Part shown: positions 17,421-24,883 of the stretch, in pieces
Numbering within the stretch: the first letter of the stretch is position 1
How the letters are laid out: every line of letters begins with the position of its first letter
Assembly: GCA_005400705.1 (NCBI GenBank)
Contig: GCA_005400705.1_4079.1
Source: Escherichia coli
GTDB taxonomy: Bacteria; Pseudomonadota; Gammaproteobacteria; Enterobacterales; Enterobacteriaceae
Direction: 5' to 3' (one strand)
Length of the DNA stretch: 64,000 nt
Translations under genes and position numbers: made by a program
The notes under the pieces: generated by a model
Told to the model about the DNA's origin: nothing
Databases searched by the model: none
What the model saw: the letters and a program-made list of their open reading frames with translations, nothing else

Positions 17421-17450
17421 TTTTATCAAGACAACTAAGAGGAAATTAAA

Positions 17451-17795
17451 ATGGCTAATATCAACACTATCGCAAAACAAAATATCAACCTGTCTTCTGT
17501 TGAAGTTGTACATATTGCCGCTCGGCGTTGGTTCCAGGCTTCATATGGTAACACTTATTTCTCTTTAAGTGTAGACGTAGAAATTGATGGTAATTTTATT
17601 GAAGTAGTAAACGTGCCGTTCCAATATGGATACGGGGATCACTTTGACACTGTAGCAATGGAAGAATTTAGCAAGGTTATTAATATGGAAGATAAGGAGT
17701 TTACACGCGGATCGTACCTTTCACGTTTTTGCCGTGATAATAATATCACTGTTTACAGTTCGGTAACTGATGTTAAACGCAAAAAAGATCTTTAA
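17451..17795 (+). CDS. Hypothetical protein; paralog of 23420-23743
   Basis: 114 aa; shared C-terminus (VTDVKRKKDL vs YYDVKRKKDM) and internal GYG motifs. Confidence 0.7.
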   Translation: MANINTIAKQNINLSSVEVVHIAARRWFQASYGNTYFSLSVDVEIDGNFIEVVNVPFQYGYGDHFDTVAMEEFSKVINMEDKEFTRGSYLSRFCRDNNITVYSSVTDVKRKKDL

Positions 17796-17875
17796 TTCGC
17801 TTTACTTTATGCAGATACTTTGATATAGTGTCTGCATAGGGGAAAGAAATTAAATTAACTTAAGAGGAACGTATA

Positions 17876-18145
17876 ATGAAAAATATCAGTACTTTAATCG
17901 ATGCAGGTACACATGTTCGGCGGTCAATGGTTGCAACCAGTACTACAAAACAAGTAGCGAGCGGTTATCTTGTATTTGTGCACGATGGTAAACTCCTGGA
18001 ACGTTCAATCAATTTTGATGTTAAAAACAATTGCCGTTTTATTATCTTTCGCCGTGAACAATATAAGATCGACATTCCAGCGAAGCCCATTAGCGGTGCG
18101 TACAACGTGCAATCATTGTTTGAGCGTCAACCATACACCTATTAA
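17876..18145 (+). CDS. Hypothetical protein
   Basis: 89 aa ORF after SD aagagga. Confidence 0.6.
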   Translation: MKNISTLIDAGTHVRRSMVATSTTKQVASGYLVFVHDGKLLERSINFDVKNNCRFIIFRREQYKIDIPAKPISGAYNVQSLFERQPYTY

Positions 18146-18196
18146 TCAAAACATCGTTAGCGGTTGATTTAGGCCGCTTATATTGAGGATTATACC

Positions 18197-18469
18197 ATGA
18201 ACGTTAATCAAGTACTGAATGAGATCGAAAGCATCATTAAACCGATGAAGCGTACTGATGCTATGTTAACACCGGAAGAATGCCGCCTATATGAGCGTTA
18301 TAGCGTCGAACAAGTCCAGGCAATGGCTATGGCTACCACAGCCGTTAAACCGCCTGAGAATGCGTTACAGGACGTTACAGGGGATTATATCATCAATCCA
18401 GTACTAGGGAAGATGGCTGCAATCACCGAAGATCAACAAGACTACTTAAGCCAGTACTTAAAAGGTTAA
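18197..18469 (+). CDS. Hypothetical protein
   Basis: 90 aa ORF after SD tgagga. Confidence 0.6.
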   Translation: MNVNQVLNEIESIIKPMKRTDAMLTPEECRLYERYSVEQVQAMAMATTAVKPPENALQDVTGDYIINPVLGKMAAITEDQQDYLSQYLKG

Positions 18470-18474
18470 TTAAT

Positions 18475-18684
18475 ATGCTTACTGTACAGGATAAGATCGA
18501 CATCTTAAAGGTTAATATGTATGTGATTGATGCCGTACCTGGTAAAGTATTTGCATACGATGATAGTACTGTAAGCGATTTCTACTATAGCCAGGACGTG
18601 GGGGATCTTTCTGTACAGTCGGTTATTGAAAACGTAGTTAATGCAGCGTATGAGCATTTACTTTCAAATAGTACTTGCAATTAG
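18475..18684 (+). CDS. Hypothetical protein
   Basis: 69 aa ORF. Confidence 0.55.
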   Translation: MLTVQDKIDILKVNMYVIDAVPGKVFAYDDSTVSDFYYSQDVGDLSVQSVIENVVNAAYEHLLSNSTCN

Positions 18685-18733
18685 TTTTTAAACGCGTATA
18701 ATGTTTTACATGAAGGGGAGAAATGATTCTCCC
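18670..18733 (+). promoter_or_regulatory. PeSL-type cassette
   Basis: agtacTTGCAAttag, TATAAT 18697-18702, hairpin ggggagaa-atga-ttctcccc. Confidence 0.6.
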
Positions 18734-18753
18734 CACTAATTAAGGAATATGAA

Positions 18754-18900
18754 ATGAAAGCATCAAAAAAGAGTAATACCAAGAAAGCATGTTCACCTTT
18801 CGCTGGGGTATTCCCTTTACGTTTCGTTGATGAAGTGGTTTCCTACCCGCCGGGCCTTACTCCTGAGATGGTAGAAAGTTTGCGTAAATCTAAAAAATAG
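18754..18900 (+). CDS. Small basic protein
   Basis: 48 aa hand-translated: MKASKKSNTKKACSPFAGVFPLRFVDEVVSYPPGLTPEMVESLRKSKK; PeSL and SD aaggaa upstream. Confidence 0.5.
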   Translation: MKASKKSNTKKACSPFAGVFPLRFVDEVVSYPPGLTPEMVESLRKSKK

Positions 18901-18963
18901 TACTTGCAATTAGTTTTCAGTACTGTATAATGTTTTACATGAAGGGGAGAAATGATTCTCCCC
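18899..18963 (+). promoter_or_regulatory. PeSL-type cassette
   Basis: tacTTGCAAttagttttcAGTACTgTATAAT, hairpin ggggagaa-atga-ttctcccc. Confidence 0.6.
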
Positions 18964-18981
18964 AATAACAGGAGAAACAAA

Positions 18982-19134
18982 ATGAAACAATACAACGCTC
19001 GGTTTGATGTTACTATCGGTAACGGCAAAGGTCAATTCTCTTTCAGTACTCGCAAAAGTTATACAGAAAACTTCCTGCGTAATTGTGCACTGACCGCCGC
19101 TCAAATTAAACATTACTTTCAGGCTAAAAAATGA
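18982..19134 (+). CDS. Small protein
   Basis: ATG 18982 (MKQYNARFD) after SD caggag; 50 aa. Confidence 0.55.
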   Translation: MKQYNARFDVTIGNGKGQFSFSTRKSYTENFLRNCALTAAQIKHYFQAKK

Positions 19135-19220
19135 AATCATTAGCTTACTATAGTTCGGCCCTGGTCGGTACATTGATCGCGGCATTGTTAGTAACCTATC
19201 TATTCTTTATGGTGATTTAA
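19131..19220 (+). CDS. Small hydrophobic (single transmembrane) peptide
   Basis: 29 aa MKSLAYYSSALVGTLIAALLVTYLFFMVI; ATG overlaps previous stop (ATGA). Confidence 0.4.
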   Translation: MKSLAYYSSALVGTLIAALLVTYLFFMVI

Positions 19221-19364
19221 ATGAATCCAACAGGTTTAAATTATAAAAGTTGTTCGGCGTTTACGAAAGCAAATAAAGCGAATGCACGTAAAGCGAAAGT
19301 ACAGGAATACATCAAGCAAGGCATGACGCGAAAGGCGGCGATTCTAAAAGCTAAAAATAAATGA
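19221..19364 (+). CDS. Small basic peptide
   Basis: 47 aa MNPTGLNYKSCSAFTKANKANARKAKVQEYIKQGMTRKAAILKAKNK; ATG adjacent to previous stop. Confidence 0.4.
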   Translation: MNPTGLNYKSCSAFTKANKANARKAKVQEYIKQGMTRKAAILKAKNK

Positions 19365-19373
19365 AAAAAGTGG

Positions 19374-19401
19374 TTGACTCCGGTCAGCCATTTTGCTATT
19401 A
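19374..19401 (+). promoter_or_regulatory. Promoter inside the repeated 100 bp element (copy 1)
   Basis: TTGACT 19374-19379, 16 nt, TATTAT 19396-19401; followed by agcccacagggtgcataagtgtatc. Confidence 0.45.
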
Positions 19402-19489
19402 TATATTCATTGAGAGATAGCTCACTAGCCCACAGGGTGCATAAGTGTATCTATTATATAAGTATTGAGTACTGAAAACTATTTTTAAA

Positions 19490-19554
19490 AAGTACTTGCA
19501 AACTATCTCAATTGGCGTATAATGTTTTACATCGCAAGGGGAAACGGTTTCCCC
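19490..19554 (+). promoter_or_regulatory. PeSL-type cassette
   Basis: aaagtacTTGCAAact, TATAAT 19518-19523, hairpin ggggaaac-g-gtttcccc. Confidence 0.6.
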
Positions 19555-19574
19555 TGGTAATAAGGAAACGAATC

Positions 19575-19916
19575 ATGACTATCTCAATTGCTCAATCTAA
19601 CTTTGAAAACGAAATCATCGCCCAGGCACTGCGTTTAAATGATGGTCGGGCCGAAATTAATTACGGTTTCAATTCAGGCGGTTGCGAAAAATATCAGTAC
19701 TTTGTAACGGCTGATGGCGGTGTCCTGGGGATCAATACAGTTATTGTAAACATTCAGAAAATTAATTTCAATGATCCAGAAGATAGCCAGTTTTACATCA
19801 CGGGCGTGAACGTGAACTATGAGGATGATTATCTAACTGATGATCACACTGGCGAGAAGTTAGAAAGTGCATACGGTGAAGATGATTATCAGTCCGGTCC
19901 AGAAGATTTTGAATAA
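19575..19916 (+). CDS. Hypothetical protein
   Basis: Track ORF 19512-19916 trimmed to ATG 19575 (MTISIAQ); 113 aa. Confidence 0.65.
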   Translation: MTISIAQSNFENEIIAQALRLNDGRAEINYGFNSGGCEKYQYFVTADGGVLGINTVIVNIQKINFNDPEDSQFYITGVNVNYEDDYLTDDHTGEKLESAYGEDDYQSGPEDFE

Positions 19917-19927
19917 TATTAAAAAAT

Positions 19928-19990
19928 AGTTTGACAATAGATTATAGTACTGTATAATAAGTTACATCAAGGGGAGAAATGATTCTCCCC
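19928..19990 (+). promoter_or_regulatory. PeSL-type cassette with TTGACA -35
   Basis: tagTTTGACAatagattatAGTACTgTATAAT, hairpin ggggagaa-atga-ttctcccc. Confidence 0.6.
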
Positions 19991-20010
19991 ACTAACAAAG
20001 AGAAAACAAA

Positions 20011-20223
20011 ATGGCTAATATCTGCACTGTACTGAAAAATGCAAAACAAGTTTTATTTTCTGATCATGAAAATTTCAACAAGGATATTACGGGCGTTCGG
20101 AATATCAAAGATGTAAAAAGTGTTATGGGTATCTATTGCAATATGAAACGTGTTGGTACGTTCGGCGACAAAGTACTATACCAGGCAGGGGATTATAACT
20201 TTACATTAACCATTATCAATTAA
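20011..20223 (+). CDS. Hypothetical protein
   Basis: 70 aa ORF (MANICTVLKN). Confidence 0.65.
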   Translation: MANICTVLKNAKQVLFSDHENFNKDITGVRNIKDVKSVMGIYCNMKRVGTFGDKVLYQAGDYNFTLTIIN

Positions 20224-20237
20224 AATATATTACCAGT

Positions 20238-20272
20238 ACTATTAACAATGATTGATAGTACTGGCATAATAA
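20238..20272 (+). promoter_or_regulatory. Promoter variant
   Basis: ccAGTACTaTTAACAatgattgatAGTACTggCATAAT. Confidence 0.4.
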
Positions 20273-20314
20273 CTTTTATCAACAGTAGTTAACTTAACAA
20301 AAGAGAGAAACAAA

Positions 20315-20458
20315 ATGATCGCACTAGATTCATTCATCGACGCAGTACTGGCAAAAACTGGCGAGGATCTGACCGCAGAACAATACGCGATGATCGAACA
20401 ATGTCAGCAAAACGGTAAATCGGTGAAAGATACTGTTAAGATTATCCGCAAGATGTAA
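20315..20458 (+). CDS. Small acidic protein
   Basis: 47 aa hand-translated MIALDSFIDAVLAKTGEDLTAEQYAMIEQCQQNGKSVKDTVKIIRKM; SD aagagag. Confidence 0.45.
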   Translation: MIALDSFIDAVLAKTGEDLTAEQYAMIEQCQQNGKSVKDTVKIIRKM

Positions 20459-20461
20459 GAT

Positions 20462-20494
20462 TATAGCCCACTGGTTAACGCTGGTGGGCTATAA
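20462..20494 (+). other. Long hairpin (10 bp stem) without a T-run
   Basis: tatagcccac-tggttaacgctg-gtgggctata; contains GCTGGTGG. Confidence 0.4.
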
Positions 20495-20563
20495 TTCATT
20501 ACCCTATACAATGCCAGTACTCAACCGTTTATCTCGTTAGAATGCGTTACAGGACGTTTACCA

Positions 20564-20761
20564 ATGATTAGCATGAAATCAGTACAAAAACAAATAGAAA
20601 CATTATCAAAAATTAAACGTAAACAGTACTCGTTAGAATATACAATCAATGGTAACTATCATCTAATGAAAGAGAATAATTTTATCGTCATTGATGAATC
20701 ATTGCAAGTTATTAGTATAGTACTGAAAGCATTAATCAATGACAGAAAAAAATTAAAATAA
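20564..20761 (+). CDS. Hypothetical protein
   Basis: 65 aa ORF. Confidence 0.5.
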   Translation: MISMKSVQKQIETLSKIKRKQYSLEYTINGNYHLMKENNFIVIDESLQVISIVLKALINDRKKLK

Positions 20762-20763
20762 TC

Positions 20764-20796
20764 TATTGACAATATCCTCCAGTACTGGCATAATAC
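20764..20796 (+). promoter_or_regulatory. Sigma70-like promoter
   Basis: TTGACA 20766-20771, 17 nt spacer with ccAGTACTgg, CATAAT 20789-20794; followed by about 290 bp of ORF-free leader. Confidence 0.5.
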
Positions 20797-20859
20797 TTAC
20801 ATCAAGACGAGAACGTCACCAACCCATAGGGTGCACAAATGTAACTATATAATATCGAT

Positions 20860-20950
20860 CAATAAATGATCAAAAAAGTACTGGATCAATTTAGCATAAG
20901 GCGTATAATTCTGATCAATTCTTGATCAAAGGCAATATACGCAGTTGAAT
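20860..20950. repeat. GATC / tGATCAa cluster
   Basis: Five GATC sites within about 85 bp (cgatcaataaatgatcaa...ggatcaat...ctgatcaattcttgatcaa). Confidence 0.55.
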
Positions 20951-21090
20951 TTATATAGACAGTACAAAGGCGTTACTATCCGTGGTAATGCTGGTGGATA
21001 TGTAGTATCATATGGTTTGAATAAGATAAACACTAGTAGTATTATTGTAGCATTACAGTACTATAGTATTTTTATAATGAGGTTAAAATA

Positions 21091-21348
21091 ATGGCAGTAG
21101 GATACGCGAAAGACGGGGCCGAACAAGACGAGATTCATGCAGTGATTCAGGCCGCCGTTAACCACGCTAGAAAGCAAATTAACGCACAAAGAGAATCACT
21201 GGTACATTGCCTCGACTGCGGCGATAAAATTCCTGAGAATCGACGCCAGGCCGTTATAGGGTGCATGTATTGTATTACTTGCCAGGAGGATCATGATAGT
21301 ACTTTTAAAAGAGATCCGCGTAATTGTTGGCATAGATCTATGAGATAA
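21091..21348 (+). CDS. TraR/DksA-family C4 zinc-finger protein
   Basis: 85 aa; CLDCGDKIPENRRQAVIGCMYCITC fits CxxCG-x2-IP-x2-R...CxxC of the TraR/DksA zinc finger. Confidence 0.65.
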   Translation: MAVGYAKDGAEQDEIHAVIQAAVNHARKQINAQRESLVHCLDCGDKIPENRRQAVIGCMYCITCQEDHDSTFKRDPRNCWHRSMR

Positions 21349-21352
21349 AAAG

Positions 21353-21386
21353 TAATTGACAGTACTGAAAGATAGTGTATAATGTT
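21353..21386 (+). promoter_or_regulatory. Sigma70-like promoter
   Basis: aaTTGACAgtactgaaagatagtgTATAATgttttatatc. Confidence 0.5.
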
Positions 21387-21412
21387 TTATATCTTAACTG
21401 AGGATAGAAATC

Positions 21413-21769
21413 ATGGGAATACAACATATCACGCGTACTACTGACAATGGCGAGATCACTGGTTATCAAGTACAGGGCAAAGTAGCACAATTGCAGTACT
21501 GGTTTGTTAAACGTGGAATCATTGCACCGGATCTTGATTATGACCGTGTAGCGTTTATTGATTCTCTTTATGTTGATCCTGATAGTCGGGGCAATGGTGA
21601 AGGTAACGAATTAATGAATGCCTTTATCGATGCCGCCGATGATTCAGATTGTATCATCTTAGAATGCGATACGGGAGAAGATAACGCCTTTAATCTTAAA
21701 GAATGGTACGAAGGTTTCGGATTCGAGGTATTGATAGATAGTGAATATCCTATCATGATTTTATCATAG
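21413..21769 (+). CDS. Small GNAT-like acetyltransferase (putative)
   Basis: 118 aa; LYVDPDSRGNGEGNELMNAF resembles GNAT motif A (V-x-P-x2-RG-x-G-x-G). Confidence 0.45.
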   Translation: MGIQHITRTTDNGEITGYQVQGKVAQLQYWFVKRGIIAPDLDYDRVAFIDSLYVDPDSRGNGEGNELMNAFIDAADDSDCIILECDTGEDNAFNLKEWYEGFGFEVLIDSEYPIMILS

Positions 21770-21830
21770 TACTTGCATTTAGTTTTCAGTACTGTTATAG
21801 TACTTGCATCAAGGGGAAACATCTTCCCCT
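21768..21830 (+). promoter_or_regulatory. PeSL-type cassette with weak -10
   Basis: tagtacTTGCATttagttttcAGTACTgttatag, hairpin ggggaaac-atc-ttcccc. Confidence 0.45.
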
Positions 21831-21847
21831 ACTAAGAGGAAATAAAA

Positions 21848-22036
21848 ATGGAAAACTTATCAAGTATTTTAGTACAAGATGATTTCGGTAATCCTGGAAG
21901 TGCTATCATTGTTCGGGGTAATAAAGCAACGTTTGTTATTGCTGGTGGACCCGTACAGCGTAGCATTAAAAATAATGCTGTTACCATTAATAATGTACGC
22001 TATCGCTTAGATAAAGAATTGATTCATAAACTGTAA
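21848..22036 (+). CDS. Hypothetical protein
   Basis: 62 aa ORF after SD agagga. Confidence 0.6.
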   Translation: MENLSSILVQDDFGNPGSAIIVRGNKATFVIAGGPVQRSIKNNAVTINNVRYRLDKELIHKL

Positions 22037-22039
22037 AAA

Positions 22040-22104
22040 AGTACTGGACAATAGATTATAGTACTGTATAATAAGTTACATGAAGGGGAGAAATGATTCT
22101 CCCC
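22040..22104 (+). promoter_or_regulatory. PeSL-type cassette
   Basis: agtacTGGACAatagattatAGTACTgTATAAT, hairpin ggggagaa-atga-ttctcccc. Confidence 0.55.
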
Positions 22105-22122
22105 AGTACTGAGGAAAGAAAA

Positions 22123-22335
22123 ATGCAAGGTCAACTAATCGTTCGTAAATGGTCTGATACTAACGCTAAACCGTGGGATGTACAATACATCGGCCCCAAT
22201 GGTGAATCCAGATATCAACCAGGTGTAACGCATAGTACTGAGCAATTCGCCGCCGCTCATCGTGAACGTCTGTTACAATCAATGCAGCAAGGTTCCGGTG
22301 AAAAATTCATTCAGGATCATTGGCTGAAAGATTAA
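22123..22335 (+). CDS. Hypothetical protein
   Basis: ATG 22123 (MQGQLIVRK) after SD gaggaaag; 70 aa. Confidence 0.65.
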   Translation: MQGQLIVRKWSDTNAKPWDVQYIGPNGESRYQPGVTHSTEQFAAAHRERLLQSMQQGSGEKFIQDHWLKD

Positions 22336-22337
22336 AA

Positions 22338-22401
22338 AGTACTTGCACAGTACTGAATAAAGTGTATAATGTTTTATATCGAGAGGGGAATAGTTCCCCT
22401 C
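22338..22401 (+). promoter_or_regulatory. PeSL-type cassette
   Basis: aagtacTTGCACAGTACTGaataaagtgTATAAT, hairpin gaggggaa-tag-ttcccctc. Confidence 0.6.
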
Positions 22402-22421
22402 CTAACAAAAAGGAAAGTATA

Positions 22422-22595
22422 ATGATCCAAGTAGAATTATCAGTACTGAAAGATCTATTTTATCGGTTAGGTACTAATGGCGAGTATCCTAAAAGTGATA
22501 CCGCAAAACTTTTTGTATCACTCGACTTATGGCAACGCGAACAATTAGTAATGTCGTGGCGTAAAGGTAAAGCAGATCGCGAGGTGAAAGCATGA
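22422..22595 (+). CDS. Small protein
   Basis: ATG 22422 (MIQVELSVL) after SD aaggaa; 57 aa. Confidence 0.55.
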   Translation: MIQVELSVLKDLFYRLGTNGEYPKSDTAKLFVSLDLWQREQLVMSWRKGKADREVKA

Positions 22596-22741
22596 AAGAA
22601 TTCTTATTTGAAGTAGTGTTTCAAGGTGTCGGTAATAACCAACTGATTCGATCAAGTGGTTATAATGTTAACCAGGCATGGAATAACATTAAACAAATGT
22701 ACCCTAACGCTATCACCTATCGCAACCCGAAAGAAGTTTAA
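22592..22741 (+). CDS. Small protein
   Basis: 49 aa hand-translated MKEFLFEVVFQGVGNNQLIRSSGYNVNQAWNNIKQMYPNAITYRNPKEV; ATGA overlap with previous stop. Confidence 0.45.
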   Translation: MKEFLFEVVFQGVGNNQLIRSSGYNVNQAWNNIKQMYPNAITYRNPKEV

Positions 22742-22758
22742 AAATAATTGAAAAAGGG

Positions 22759-22787
22759 ATTGACTCCGGTCAGTCCCTTTGCTATTA
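22759..22787 (+). promoter_or_regulatory. Promoter inside the repeated 100 bp element (copy 2)
   Basis: gggaTTGACTccggtcagtccctttgcTATTAT; -35 sits in near-palindrome gggattgac/gtcagtccc. Confidence 0.5.
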
Positions 22788-22874
22788 TATACGCATAGAA
22801 ACAAATCAGCCCACCGGGTGCATAAATGTATCTATTGTTTGCTGGTGGCTAGTACTGAAAACTATTTTTAAAAA

Positions 22875-22906
22875 GTACTTGCATTGTACTTAGAATCAAG
22901 TATAAT
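22875..22906 (+). promoter_or_regulatory. PeSL-type promoter driving structured leader (copy 2)
   Basis: aaagtacTTGCATtgtacttagaatcaagTATAAT. Confidence 0.55.
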
Positions 22907-22915
22907 GTTTTACAT

Positions 22916-22990
22916 CAGGACGGGGAACGAAATAAGTAACTTCCCGTTAAGTAGCCCAGGAGTAAGGCACACGAAAAACTCCCCTGATAA
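22916..22990 (+). ncRNA. Conserved structured RNA element, copy 2
   Basis: Identical over about 90 bp to 13071-13160. Confidence 0.35.
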
Positions 22991-22996
22991 AATAGT

Positions 22997-23024
22997 TTGA
23001 CAATAGAAAGTAAACGAGTATAAT
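22997..23024 (+). promoter_or_regulatory. Second promoter after the structured element
   Basis: TTGACA 22997-23002, 16 nt, TATAAT 23019-23024. Confidence 0.5.
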
Positions 23025-23057
23025 ACTTACATCAACCACTGATAAGGAAACATTAAA

Positions 23058-23333
23058 ATGCGGATTCTACTGACAGCTAACGAAATCGAACAAGTACTGA
23101 CTACTAACCTGGAACAATGGAAACGTGATGCAGATATCCAGGCGGTTCAATGGCTTAACGATAAGTTAACGCCGGATGACTTAAGCAAGATTGTAGATCC
23201 TCAATTCTACGAAGATATCCACGACACCGCGTTAAGCGTCGAGGATGTACTTGATAAGCACTACATTGATACTGATTTACAGGTTTACGGTCGTAAAAAC
23301 TTTATCACTATCCACGACATTTACAATAATTAA
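23058..23333 (+). CDS. Hypothetical acidic protein
   Basis: 91 aa ORF after SD aaggaaa. Confidence 0.65.
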   Translation: MRILLTANEIEQVLTTNLEQWKRDADIQAVQWLNDKLTPDDLSKIVDPQFYEDIHDTALSVEDVLDKHYIDTDLQVYGRKNFITIHDIYNN

Positions 23334-23398
23334 GTATTGACAAAGTATCTTAGTACTGTATAATAGTTTACATCAAGTGAGGGGAAACGGTTCCCCTC
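23334..23398 (+). promoter_or_regulatory. PeSL-type cassette (tattgacaaagta class)
   Basis: gTATTGACAAAGTAtcttAGTACTgTATAAT, hairpin gaggggaaac-g-gttcccctc. Confidence 0.6.
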
Positions 23399-23419
23399 CT
23401 AACAAAGAGAGAAATAAAA

Positions 23420-23743
23420 ATGGCTATGATCCTTACCCAGAAAGTAGAACTGAAAATTGTAACCTCCTTTGACATTAAAGTTAATCGCTGGACTGATCGG
23501 AACGGCAATACTTACCACTCTTGCTACGTGTCTGCATTGATTGGTGATCGTTGGGAAGACCTGGGACACGAAACTTTTACATACGGTTACGGTACGCAAG
23601 GCGAATACACGGGCTTGGAGATCATTAAAGAAACCGTTATAGGTTTCAACCCGAAAGAAAAAGTTATTCACCGCATCGAAAAAGAGATTAACAAAGAAAT
23701 AACAGTTCGCTACTACGATGTAAAACGTAAGAAAGACATGTAA
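23420..23743 (+). CDS. Hypothetical protein; paralog of 17451-17795
   Basis: 107 aa ORF. Confidence 0.7.
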   Translation: MAMILTQKVELKIVTSFDIKVNRWTDRNGNTYHSCYVSALIGDRWEDLGHETFTYGYGTQGEYTGLEIIKETVIGFNPKEKVIHRIEKEINKEITVRYYDVKRKKDM

Positions 23744-23761
23744 TAGAATCCATTTAAAGTA

Positions 23762-23796
23762 CTATTTGACATTACACAGATAGTACTTTATAATAG
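23762..23796 (+). promoter_or_regulatory. Sigma70-like promoter (homolog of 12135-12170)
   Basis: aaAGTACTaTTTGACAttacacagatAGTACTtTATAAT. Confidence 0.55.
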
Positions 23797-23838
23797 ACTC
23801 TAGCTTGTAGTACTAACTTAACTAATAGGATGTATACC

Positions 23839-24234
23839 ATGATTACTAAATTCTACGCTACCCGTGAAGCTGCCCGTATTGTTGCACGCGAGGAAGGAGC
23901 AGCATTTAAAGACATGGGCAAAGATGCACCGAAAGGCCAACGCTGGGCCGTACAGTTCAAAGAGATCTCTGATATTGTGAATTCACCGGAGCCAGTACTG
24001 ACAGCAGCAGAACAGAAGAAAGCTGATGAACTGTCAGCAGTTCTTAACGCTCAAGATGACTTTATCGCGGGTTCTGATATTAAAGTTTCCGTAAATTCGA
24101 ATGCATGGACTCACGCGGATCATCTGGCTAACTTGAAGCGTCCAAGTGTACTGATTCGCAACCAACGAGAGATCCGCCACGACCGCAAGGGAAACAGTGT
24201 TACTGTATTCAGTAAACGCCGCCAGGTTATCTAA
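23839..24234 (+). CDS. Hypothetical protein; paralog of 12207-12473 with central insertion
   Basis: ATG 23839 (MITKFYATREAARIV...); 131 aa. Confidence 0.65.
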   Translation: MITKFYATREAARIVAREEGAAFKDMGKDAPKGQRWAVQFKEISDIVNSPEPVLTAAEQKKADELSAVLNAQDDFIAGSDIKVSVNSNAWTHADHLANLKRPSVLIRNQREIRHDRKGNSVTVFSKRRQVI

Positions 24235-24256
24235 TAACTTGCAGTACTAACAACAC

Positions 24257-24284
24257 GGCGGGTTCAGTTCCCGCCTTTTTTTTA
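24257..24284 (+). terminator. Rho-independent terminator
   Basis: ggcggg-ttcagtt-cccgcc then tttttttt. Confidence 0.7.
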
Positions 24285-24298
24285 TAGGATAAACTAAA

Positions 24299-24553
24299 AT
24301 GATGAAGGTACAACTATCTAAAGATAATATCTTGCGGGTACACTATAAAGCACCACAGAGAATCATCACAAAGGCCGTACAGCTTGCTAATGAGTTTATT
24401 AATGGTAGTCTATTACCCAGGAAGTTAAGCAACGGGAAACTACGTGTTATCGATGTAGACACTAACAATAGAATAGTAATTGAGAGTACTGGAAAAATTA
24501 ATCTATATGAACACCAACAATACAATAAAAAAATAAAACTAATATCACGTTGA
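24299..24553 (+). CDS. Hypothetical protein
   Basis: 84 aa ORF. Confidence 0.5.
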   Translation: MMKVQLSKDNILRVHYKAPQRIITKAVQLANEFINGSLLPRKLSNGKLRVIDVDTNNRIVIESTGKINLYEHQQYNKKIKLISR

Positions 24554-24580
24554 CAGTACTCAATTGTTTTAGTATTATGT
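24548..24580 (+). promoter_or_regulatory. Sigma70-like promoter (duplicate module A)
   Basis: TTGACAgtactcaattgttttagTATTAT; near-identical to 24824-24856. Confidence 0.5.
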
Positions 24581-24606
24581 ACACATACCAACACGGGAGA
24601 AACAAA

Positions 24607-24825
24607 ATGAAATTATCTAAAATCGAAAAGAAAACTATTGATGAAGCAGTTAAGCACGGTTATACCTTTCGTAATGATTCACATTTTACCAATTTTCAAC
24701 AAGGGTATCGTACTATTAAAAAACTAATTGACAAAGGTTTATTAGTTGAAGTCAATAACGGCAATGGCATTGAGTATCAACCAACACAGGACGCATTTTA
24801 TTTTAAGAAATATAATATTATCTAA
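24607..24825 (+). CDS. Hypothetical protein
   Basis: Track ORF 24550-24825 trimmed to ATG 24607 (MKLSKIEKK); 72 aa. Confidence 0.6.
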   Translation: MKLSKIEKKTIDEAVKHGYTFRNDSHFTNFQQGYRTIKKLIDKGLLVEVNNGNGIEYQPTQDAFYFKKYNII

Positions 24826-24856
24826 TTGACAGTACTCAAATGTTTTAGTACTATAT
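24824..24856 (+). promoter_or_regulatory. Sigma70-like promoter (duplicate module B)
   Basis: TTGACAgtactcaaatgttttagTACTAT; same leader accaacacggg(g/a)a(a/g)aaacaaaATG as at 24580-24606. Confidence 0.5.
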
Positions 24857-24883
24857 GTACATACCAACACGGGGAAAAACAAA

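Noticed and set aside
20462-20494. Hairpin tatagcccac/gtgggctata as an intrinsic terminator
   Set aside because: No T-run follows on either strand; retained only as a structural feature.
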